DNA of 64,000 nucleotides from Verrucomicrobiales bacterium. Its GTDB lineage: Bacteria; Verrucomicrobiota; Verrucomicrobiia; Limisphaerales; F1-12-MAGs170. Numbering within the stretch: position 1 is the first letter of the stretch; each line of letters begins with the position of its first letter. The translations under genes were made by a program, and so were the position numbers. Below, in pieces: positions 56,931-63,270 of this stretch. Location of the stretch: positions 208-64,207 of the forward strand of contig SXMN01000316.1 of NCBI GenBank assembly GCA_005777315.1, in the 5' to 3' direction. The notes under the pieces are model-generated. The model had not been told where the DNA came from and made no database searches. It saw nothing but the letters and a program-made list of their open reading frames with translations.

Positions 56931-57143
56931 TTACGGCGTGAACGGCCCTTTCGCCACTTTCAATAACTCCGCCGCCAGCTCCGGGCTGTCCACTTCCAAG
57001 TCCAATGCTCCACCCTCCCTCACAGCAGCCTCCAATGTCAGACGTCTCTTGCCGTCGGTCAGAACAACCGTGTCGCCTTGATGAGTCTCCGCAATGAGCT
57101 GGCTCATTTGTTCTTTGGCCACATGGACCATCAACGTCTTCAT
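56931..57143 (-). CDS. small antitoxin-like protein (possibly truncated by an in-frame TAA)
   Basis: 70 aa. MKTLMVHVAKEQMSQLIAETHQGDTVVLTDGKRRLTLEA has the shape of Phd/AbrB-type antitoxin N-termini. No recognisable toxin partner. Confidence 0.35.
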   Translation of the reverse strand: MKTLMVHVAKEQMSQLIAETHQGDTVVLTDGKRRLTLEAAVREGGALDLEVDSPELAAELLKVAKGPFTP

Positions 57144-57283
57144 GAAGGCAACTTAGCCGGTGCAAAGTTTCTCAACAAGTCTGGGTCTATTGGTGACTAA
57201 CCCGTTCCGACCCAAACTAGAGCTGCGCCGGGTAGAAACGGGTAGAGAAACTACAACCCAGACGATTGATTCGGTCAGGATTT

Positions 57284-57874
57284 CTAGATTTCCTGTTTTC
57301 CAGTGGCACGCGACTCTCGCTCCTCGAACCATCGCCGCCGATAGTCTGCGGAGAATGCAGCGACGAGCGACACGGCAATAACCAAGAAAAGGAACAGGCT
57401 GAACTGCGCTTTGCCTGCCCCAGAATCAACCTCAAAGGAGTTTGCTACTACACTTCCGAGCGCAGTAGCCCATGCAACGCAATAAAGCAGATGAACCTGA
57501 GACGCCCATTCATCGAGATGCGGTTGAATGCCCTTCTTGTCTTGACGTCTCTTCCATCGAGCTTCGTCACGGATAGCCTCACCTTCGAGCGGCTTAAATG
57601 GATTGAAATGGCGCGCACCGATGCGGCTCCTCGGTCGTAGTCCAAGTGCGAGCCAAAGCGCAGCACGACTAAGCGTCGGATATAGAAGAGAGCGATGGAC
57701 CGCATAAATAATGCTGCCGGCAAGTAGCGCAACAAAGAATAAAGCTGCTGAACTGTCTGTGGCTGGCAGTCCATGTGCGCCTCTGCTGTAGCGATAAGCG
57801 TAAACAAACACGCCTCCACAGAAGAAGTATCGGAGCAATTCAGCGAGGCTAAGTGTTTCGAGCGTCTTCACCAC
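57284..57874 (-). CDS. orphan 4-TM membrane protein
   Basis: 196 aa with helices FFCGGVFVYAY, ALFFVALLAGSIIYAV, VHLLYCVAWATALGSVV and FSLFLFLVIAVSLVAAF. It sits in a visibly more AT-rich stretch. No family recognised. Confidence 0.5.
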   Translation of the reverse strand: MVKTLETLSLAELLRYFFCGGVFVYAYRYSRGAHGLPATDSSAALFFVALLAGSIIYAVHRSLLYPTLSRAALWLALGLRPRSRIGARHFNPFKPLEGEAIRDEARWKRRQDKKGIQPHLDEWASQVHLLYCVAWATALGSVVANSFEVDSGAGKAQFSLFLFLVIAVSLVAAFSADYRRRWFEERESRATGKQEI

Positions 57875-58175
57875 AAATACTGACGGGCTATCACAAAGTG
57901 AAATTGTTCAACCTAGAAAAAGCACTTGAACTGAACAGGAGCGAGCAGAGCAAGCAGAGGCCGAGAGACTTGGGGCTATATTCTGGTGCGAGCAGCCTTC
58001 ACCCAGCGGGCGAGCCTGCGGCGCGACGGTGACTCGATTCAACTTGTTCATTCTCTGCTTCCTCCGCGTCCTCCTGTTCAACTCAACTGCCGAATTTAGG
58101 TTCAATGATTTATCGGCAATTTCATTTTCACTCCGTCCAGACTTCTCTCTGAACCCTTCTCCAGCGAAGATTCCC

Positions 58176-59519
58176 TCAGTTGTAATGGAACACGAACCGG
58201 ACTTCGCGAAAATCCTTCCCAACAATCCGGCGCAACTCCGGGGGCCATGCCCCGTAGGGAGCTGGATCCTGAACGGCGCGCTGGCAGATCAGACCGAGGA
58301 CCGAAGCAACTTCACTCTCCTGTTCCCGCATGTTCGTGATACGTCCGTCTGATGTTATGTGAAATTCCAGAACCACCTTTCCGATCCCGCCCCGCGAGAT
58401 GTCGCGGTCCTCAAGCAGATCGAACCACCTCTTTTGGATGTTTGCCAGGATTGCCGCATGGTAAGCGCCAAATTCAATCGAACGCACATCAAGATTCGAT
58501 TCAATGCTAAATCGCCGGACGCCTCCTGTCTGCCGCACCTTCTCTCCAAGGTTGGCGCTTCGGCTGTCGGGCAGTGGTATCACTGCGGCGAGGCGCCGCG
58601 GCCTGGTTTTAACAGTCGCTGCTGGGTCGGCCTCAGCGTAGAGCAAAGCGGCTTTTTGCCGCTTTTTCTTCTCCGCTTCTTCGGCTGCCGATCGAGCTTG
58701 AGCGCGGGACAGTGCTTCCTTTTCAGCCTCTGCGCTTGCGAACTTGGCACGAGTTCGCGCTTCCTCCACCCATTTAACTAGCTCCGGGTCGGGCTGCATT
58801 TTCTCGATTGAGCGACCAGTCGAAACCCCGTTCGTGCCCATTCTCAGTGCATTGAACAGACTCGCACTCCCTTTCAGTTGATTGTCATTTGCTAACAGCA
58901 TCTGGTCTCCGAGACTGTCAGTGTTCACTACCCAGAAATGTTGCTCGTCACGGTTGTCTGACGTGGTCGTAGTTTCCGCCAAGATCCATGATTTGCCGGG
59001 AGCACGAACGGAAAACTTTCCATCCGCATCCGTCTTGGCATCAGCCAGAGGCAAGGAAGCAAACAATCGATTGGCAGGGCCGTCCTTTTGGAGGAGCGGT
59101 ATCCACAACTTGCTTGATCTGTCTTCAATCTCTGCGGCGATTCTGCGAATTTCTGGAACTGAATAGTCGCTTCGCAGCCGGTTATGCTGAAGGATCAGGT
59201 CTCCTGACTCGGTTGTGCTCTGGTCGGCCTGTTGCACTGGATGATCGCCGAATTGCAGCACAGCTAACTCCTGGCTAAACGACTTTAGCAACGCCCAATT
59301 GGGTTCGGCCGCAGCAACTGCCACAGCGTACTCGTTTCGCAATTCATTTGCTAACTGTTGCAGAATATCGTCCCGAACCACGTGAATTGGAACCAAGCCA
59401 AGCTTGAGATTTTCCTGCTTCTCAGTGACCAAGAACACCTGCCCCTTGAATTCGCGTTCGCGCTGACAGCCCAAAAGCAGAACGACAAACGACGCGATGA
59501 CCGTAAAGTGCAAGCGCAT
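58176..59519 (-). CDS. lipoprotein with coiled-coil region and TonB C-terminal-like domain
   Basis: Lipobox MRLHFTVIASFVVLLLGC at the internal Met. Charged coiled coil AEAEKEALSRAQARSAAEEAEKKKRQKAA. The C-terminus YHAAILANIQKRWFDLL...GKVVLEFHITSDGRITN...GAWPPEL...VRFVFHY is TonB_C-like. Confidence 0.6.
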   Translation of the reverse strand: MRLHFTVIASFVVLLLGCQREREFKGQVFLVTEKQENLKLGLVPIHVVRDDILQQLANELRNEYAVAVAAAEPNWALLKSFSQELAVLQFGDHPVQQADQSTTESGDLILQHNRLRSDYSVPEIRRIAAEIEDRSSKLWIPLLQKDGPANRLFASLPLADAKTDADGKFSVRAPGKSWILAETTTTSDNRDEQHFWVVNTDSLGDQMLLANDNQLKGSASLFNALRMGTNGVSTGRSIEKMQPDPELVKWVEEARTRAKFASAEAEKEALSRAQARSAAEEAEKKKRQKAALLYAEADPAATVKTRPRRLAAVIPLPDSRSANLGEKVRQTGGVRRFSIESNLDVRSIEFGAYHAAILANIQKRWFDLLEDRDISRGGIGKVVLEFHITSDGRITNMREQESEVASVLGLICQRAVQDPAPYGAWPPELRRIVGKDFREVRFVFHYN

Positions 59520-59571
59520 GTGAAGACACATAGCTCATACTGGGGAGCTTTTCAATTACCGTGAAAGGGTC

Positions 59572-59775
59572 GTGAAGAGGCCGGTCAACGTTTCGCTCCC
59601 ATTTGTCGGTTCTCCCGCTCATGCCCCAAGCAGCGAGTGGAGTGCCGCCCGATGAAATCTGGAAACCCTGAAGATTGAACCAACCCTTCTCCTCCCGCCG
59701 AGTTTGTTGATTGGAGCTCTGACGCAAAGCCTTGAAGGATTTTTCAGTTTTCCCTGCGCTTTGGCGTTCAATTCT
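59572..59775 (+). repeat. TA-array repeat R1 (~200 bp)
   Basis: Shares ordered blocks with R2-R5: CCGGTCAAY, CATTTGYYGGTTCTCCC, GAGTGGAGTGCCGCC, GAAATCTGGAAACCCTGAAG, TTGTTGATTGGA..CTGACGCAAAGCC and TTGGCGTTCAATTC. Confidence 0.8.
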
Positions 59776-59851
59776 TTGCTCCGTCGCACTTCGACACTCC
59801 ATCCGCGTCCGGTGGTTGCGCGGATTGGTTTCTTAAAGTAAAAATTGAAAG

Positions 59852-60118
59852 ATGACGATCACACTGACAGCCGAGCAGGAAAAATTCATCGCGGAACAAG
59901 TGGGCAGCGGCCATTACCACTCCACTGCGGATGTCATCGCACAAAGCCTCGGCATGTTGCGGGCACAGGAGGAATTCGTCCGCTCAAACGCAGCCGAATT
60001 GCGCGAGAAAATCGCCAGCGGCATGGAACAAATCCGTCGCGGCGAGGTCGTGGACGGGAAAACAGCCATCAAAAATCTCCGAGAGAAGCTGGGCCAGCGC
60101 GAACGCAGCGCGCGATGA
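59852..60118 (+). CDS. parD: ParD-type (RHH/COG3609) antitoxin
   Basis: MTITLTAEQEKFIAEQVGSGHYHSTADVIAQSLGMLRAQEEF...LREKIASGMEQIRRGEVVDG is the canonical ParD pattern. Its stop overlaps the ParE ATG (ATGA at 60115-60118). Confidence 0.8.
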   Translation: MTITLTAEQEKFIAEQVGSGHYHSTADVIAQSLGMLRAQEEFVRSNAAELREKIASGMEQIRRGEVVDGKTAIKNLREKLGQRERSAR

Positions 60119-60408
60119 GTTCGTATCGCTATTCAGCGGATGCCAACGCTGACATCGAGGAGATAGTCTTCTACATTTTCGACCTCAACCCGGTCGCCGC
60201 GCATCATTTTCTCACTGCGCTGGAAGAAGCTTGTGAATTGCTGGCCGCGCATCCTCTCATGGGGAGGCCACGCCCGGGATTTGGCGAAGGCCTGCGTTCG
60301 TTTTCTATTGGGAACTATTTGATCTTCTACATCCCGGCACCACATGGGATTGACGTTTCTCGCATCATCTATGGCGGTCGTGATTTGCCTAAAATGTTCA
60401 GCCGGTGA
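60115..60408 (+). CDS. parE: ParE toxin
   Basis: MSSYRYSADANADIEEIVFYIFDLNPVAAHHFLTALEEACELLAAHPLMGRPR...NYLIFYIPAPHGIDVSRIIYGGRDL is the canonical ParE pattern. Confidence 0.85.
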   Translation: MSSYRYSADANADIEEIVFYIFDLNPVAAHHFLTALEEACELLAAHPLMGRPRPGFGEGLRSFSIGNYLIFYIPAPHGIDVSRIIYGGRDLPKMFSR

Positions 60409-60431
60409 AAATTCCACCCTTGAAGGGGTCC

Positions 60432-60655
60432 TGAAGGGGCCGGTCAATAGCTTTGATAACTACGCCCTCATTTGTTGGTTCTCCCCCTCTTGAGGCAAGC
60501 TTCGAGTGGAGTGCCCCTCGATGGAATCTGGAATCCCTGAACACTAAGCCTCCTGGTCTCCGGGTTTATTTGATTGGAATTCTGACGCCAAGCTGCGAAG
60601 AGCGTCCCAGTTGTCCTGCGAGTCCGCACTTTGGAGATTTCGCGGTGAAATAAAT
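60432..60655 (+). repeat. TA-array repeat R2
   Basis: Starts 24 nt after the ParE stop. It has the same ordered blocks as R1 and its 3' end, TTGGAGATTTCGCGGTGAAATAA, is shared with R5. Confidence 0.8.
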
Positions 60656-60667
60656 GAGTCACGACCG

Positions 60668-60822
60668 CCCTCATCCCGGCCTTCTCCCCAAGGAGAAGGA
60701 GAACCGTTCGCCGCCTCGCTCGAAAACCAGCGACTGTGCCGACCAAACGGCCACCCCCATGACCAGAGACGGACCATTGCTGTTCCTTCTCCCTGGGGGG
60801 AGAAGGTCAGGATGAGGGCGAG
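60668..60822. repeat. 155-bp hairpin/MITE-like element with 24-bp terminal inverted repeats, each arm also a local hairpin
   Basis: CGCCCTCATCCCGGCCTTCTCCCC (60668-60691) versus GGGGAGAAGGTCAGGATGAGGGCG (60799-60822). Local hairpins pair CCTTCTCC with GGAGAAGG at 60682-60701 and 60787-60808. Confidence 0.7.
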
Positions 60823-60860
60823 TGTTGAAACCGTTTTGAATCGTCTTAACTTTTTCCTGC

Positions 60861-61067
60861 CGGTCAATAGTTCCGAACTCTTAACCGCATTTGCTCGTTC
60901 CCCGCTTGTGCCTTGGGCTTCAAACCGAATGCCGCATGATGAAATCTGGAAACCCTGAAGTCTGAACGAATTCTCCTCCTGCCCTCCGGGTTCTTATTGC
61001 TTGGACTTCTGATGACGAGCCGAAGAGAGATTACCAGCTATTTCAGAGCCTTGGCGTTGAATTCCTC
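60861..61067 (+). repeat. TA-array repeat R3
   Basis: GCCGGTCAATAGTT...GATGAAATCTGGAAACCCTGAAG...CTGCCCTCCGGGTT...CCTTGGCGTTGAATTCC. It ends 20 nt before the MazF stop at 61087. Confidence 0.8.
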
Positions 61068-61086
61068 GCCGCGCCCTTTTACAGCG

Positions 61087-61398
61087 TCAAAGTTGCAGCC
61101 AGTTTCGCAATCGTTGGTCGAGAGTCTGACAGTCAGCGGCAGTGAGCGTGCCGACGATCTTTACGACCAATCTTTCTTCCACTGTGGAGACTTGAGCCTT
61201 GATGCCGGATGGGACGTTCAATCCAGCCGCGCGCCATTCCTTGACTGGAAAGTCCGTGTTGGGAAGCACCGAGGAAATGGGAACGAGAAACAGATCCGCT
61301 CCATTGCGGCCAATGACTATGGCAGGGCGTACCTTGCGGCTGGTCAAGTCCGTGAACGGAATCGGCAGGAGAACGACGTCATTTCTTGAGCAGTTCAT
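61087..61398 (-). CDS. MazF/PemK-family toxin
   Basis: RNDVVLLPIPFTDLTSRKVRPAIVIGRNGADLFLVPISS...GLNVPSGIKAQVSTVEERLVVKIVGTLTAADCQTLDQRL is the PemK pattern. The internal Met (MNCSRND) is preferred. Confidence 0.8.
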   Translation of the reverse strand: MNCSRNDVVLLPIPFTDLTSRKVRPAIVIGRNGADLFLVPISSVLPNTDFPVKEWRAAGLNVPSGIKAQVSTVEERLVVKIVGTLTAADCQTLDQRLRNWLQL

Positions 61399-61582
61399 TG
61401 AAGACGTCATCCGCTTGGTTGTCCCAAACTTTCGTCAAAGATTCCTCGGAGAGTTTGAGCCACGCCTCGCGCGCCGGGTCGGATTCGATGGTCACGCGCA
61501 CGTGGGATCTTTCAGGAAGCGACAGCGGTCGCGGCAACATGAGTTTTCCGTCCTCGTAGATGGCGTCAATTGTCGTTGTCAT
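61379..61582 (-). CDS. DUF104 (AF2212-like) antitoxin
   Basis: MTTTIDAIYEDGKLMLPRPLSLPERSHVRVTIE is the characteristic DUF104 N-terminus. It overlaps the downstream MazF gene by about 20 nt. Confidence 0.7.
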   Translation of the reverse strand: MTTTIDAIYEDGKLMLPRPLSLPERSHVRVTIESDPAREAWLKLSEESLTKVWDNQADDVFNELLKK

Positions 61583-61591
61583 GGCCTAAAA

Positions 61592-61876
61592 TTATCTTTC
61601 CCAACTTGGTTTGCAAGGCGCGTCTCCCGTCATTCCCGTGACTTCTTGGCGCTTGGGGCGAATGAAGCTGTCCACCGCCATACGCCCACGCGTGAAGTCG
61701 GTGTTCGCGAGTGGAACGGAGTAACCATCGGAACGCGCCCGGCTCGTAATCTGACAAAGCACCAAGTCATCGCCCGCAAGATCAGCAACGACCAGCGCGG
61801 GACGGCGTTTGCCGGATTGGAGGTTGGTTTGCGGAAAAGGGAGAACGACGACTTCGCCGACTACAGGCTTGCCCAT
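61592..61876 (-). CDS. MazF/PemK-like toxin (C-terminus atypical)
   Basis: MGKPVVGEVVVLPFPQTNLQSGKRRPALVVADLAGDDLVLCQITSRARSDGYSVPL...DSFIRPKR is the PemK pattern. The last ~20 aa do not look like the family, whereas an alternative frame does. Confidence 0.65.
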   Translation of the reverse strand: MGKPVVGEVVVLPFPQTNLQSGKRRPALVVADLAGDDLVLCQITSRARSDGYSVPLANTDFTRGRMAVDSFIRPKRQEVTGMTGDAPCKPSWER

Positions 61877-62064
61877 GCAGTGTCCTCCACGGGCGTGTTC
61901 CAATCCTTCGCGAGCGCGGATTTGCTCAACAGCAGGCCGTTGAAAGACTCGTCCTCGTTCTTAAGTCGCAGGAAGCGCGCGAAGTCATAGACCTCATAGA
62001 CCTCGCGCTGCAATGGTTCGAGCATAGCGGCTACTTCTTTTTTGATCAACTCGCATGTGCTCAC
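61861..62064 (-). CDS. DUF2281-like antitoxin
   Basis: (V)STCELIKKEVAAMLEPLQREVYEVYDFARFLRLKNE...ALAKDWNTPVEDTAWASL. The EV.DF..FL motif and the WxxPEED..W tail are typical. GTG start at 62064 (alternative ATG 62025). It overlaps the toxin start by 16 nt. Confidence 0.6.
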   Translation of the reverse strand: MSTCELIKKEVAAMLEPLQREVYEVYDFARFLRLKNEDESFNGLLLSKSALAKDWNTPVEDTAWASL

Positions 62065-62120
62065 GGCGGCAACGTATCGAGTTGACCGGGGTCTGGTAAG
62101 ACTGCTGCCGTTCAGGAAGT

Positions 62121-62330
62121 GTGAAAGTTGGTCAGTAATTTCGACCTTCGGCCGCATTGGTTGGACCGCCCGCTGCGGGCCCCATGCTTCGAGTGGAATG
62201 CCGCCATATCGAATCTGGCATCTCTGAAGCCTGAGCGAAATCATTTCCTGCCCTCCGGGTTAATTGATTGGAATTTTGACGCAAAGCCGCGAAGAGCTTT
62301 CCAGTTTTCCCCGCGGCTCGTTGCTTGATT
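62121..62330 (+). repeat. TA-array repeat R4
   Basis: GTTGGTCAGTAAT...CGAGTGGAATGCCGCC...GAATCTGGCATCTCTGAAG...CTGCCCTCCGGGTTAATTGATTGGAATTTTGACGCAAAGCCGCGAAGAGCTTTCCAGTTTTCC. Confidence 0.8.
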
Positions 62331-62376
62331 CAAAACCCCGCTTGCCAGCGTATCGCAACGCCGCTAATTTTTGTCC

Positions 62377-62562
62377 ATGAGCGCGGTAGAAATCCTTGCC
62401 GAACTGCCCAAGCTAACCAGCGAGGAGCGTTCCGTGGTCCGCCGGCGGCTGCGCGAGCTTGACGAGCGGGACGAACTGCAATTCCTCCACGAGTCCGCCG
62501 ACGCGATGTTCCAAGACCTGGACATACAGGATGCCAAGAATGCCCGCCGCGAAACCCGGTGA
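62377..62562 (+). CDS. small antitoxin (addiction-module component-like)
   Basis: MSAVEILAELPKLTSEERSVVRRRLRELDERDE resembles the small helical addiction module component family. It overlaps the downstream toxin gene. Confidence 0.6.
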   Translation: MSAVEILAELPKLTSEERSVVRRRLRELDERDELQFLHESADAMFQDLDIQDAKNARRETR

Positions 62563-62857
62563 AATCTGGATCGTGGACCTGGGCATGGCTGCGAAAGTCC
62601 GCCCCTGCCTGATTCTGACTCCGCAACCGCGTGGTGATGACTTGGACACCTACACCGTTGTCGCCCACACCACTGTCAGTCGCGGCAACCGCTGGGAAGT
62701 TTCAATTCCAAAGCCTTACCTGGATGCGGAAGGCGCGTTTGACGTGCAACGAATCGCCACGGTTGCGAGCGTAAAGCTGGAACGTAAACTTGGTGAGCTC
62801 ACTCGCACGGAATTGGATTCGATCCTCGACCGTCTTGCGGAACGGTTCGGGATCTGA
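62531..62857 (+). CDS. MazF/PemK-family toxin
   Basis: KPGEIWIVDLGMAAKVRPCLILTPQP...VVAHTT...FDVQRIATVASVKLERKLGELTRTELDSILDRL is the PemK pattern. The start is ATG 62531 or 62540. Confidence 0.75.
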   Translation: MPRMPAAKPGEIWIVDLGMAAKVRPCLILTPQPRGDDLDTYTVVAHTTVSRGNRWEVSIPKPYLDAEGAFDVQRIATVASVKLERKLGELTRTELDSILDRLAERFGI

Positions 62858-63070
62858 AGCCCACCCGCAGTTCCACCAAACTTTTTGGTTCTCCCGCTCG
62901 TGCCGCAGGAATTGAGCGCCGTGCCACTCAATGGAATCTGGAATCCCTGAAGAGTGAGCCAATGCTTCTTCTGCCCTCCGAGCTTGTTGATTGAAATTCT
63001 GACGCAACGCCACGAAGAGCTTTCCAGTTGTCCTGCGAGTTCGCCCCTTGGAGATATTGCGGTGAAATAA
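62853..63070 (+). repeat. TA-array repeat R5
   Basis: Begins at the MazF stop. GGTTCTCCCGCTCGTGCC...AATGGAATCTGGAATCCCTGAAG...CTGCCCTCCGAGCTTGTTGATTGAAATTCTGACGCAACGCC..GAAGAGCTTTCCAGTTGTCCTGCGAG..TTGGAGATATTGCGGTGAAATAA. Confidence 0.8.
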
Positions 63071-63270
63071 CCGAAAAACCACTTACACAGACTACTTTAC
63101 AAAACCCCGTGACAGGATGAGCCGCCGCCTAAATCAAATCATCCGCCTGGCAGCCGGTCCCAGCACGTCACTTTAGAACAGCCCTGGTGACTGCGCGTCC
63201 TTGCCATTTCTCACTGGCGGACTTCGGCTCGTTTGCTAGCTTCCGCACTGTTTCCACCAATCGTCACATT

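Noticed and set aside
59673-59772. Perfect 7-nt complement ATTGAAC ... GTTCAAT within R1, spaced ~93 nt apart (attC R''/R'-like)
   Set aside because: The homologous positions in R2-R5 do not covary (for example R3 has TCTGAAC versus GTTGAAT). The intervening sequence does not form the symmetric L''/L' helix expected for attC. It is treated as a coincidence pending a covariance-model search.
60453-60653. 66-aa ORFs lying inside repeat copies (60453..60653+, 62128..62328+) and the minus-strand ORFs across R copies (for example 62702..63082-)
   Set aside because: Homologous positions in the other copies are interrupted by stops or shifted by indels, so no reading frame is conserved across R1-R5. 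The family is non-coding.
59572-63070. CRISPR array interpretation of the five repeats
   Set aside because: The repeats are ~200 bp, far longer than 25-40 bp CRISPR repeats, and are imperfect with indels. The 'spacers' are complete TA operons of 0.2-1 kb, and no cas genes are present.
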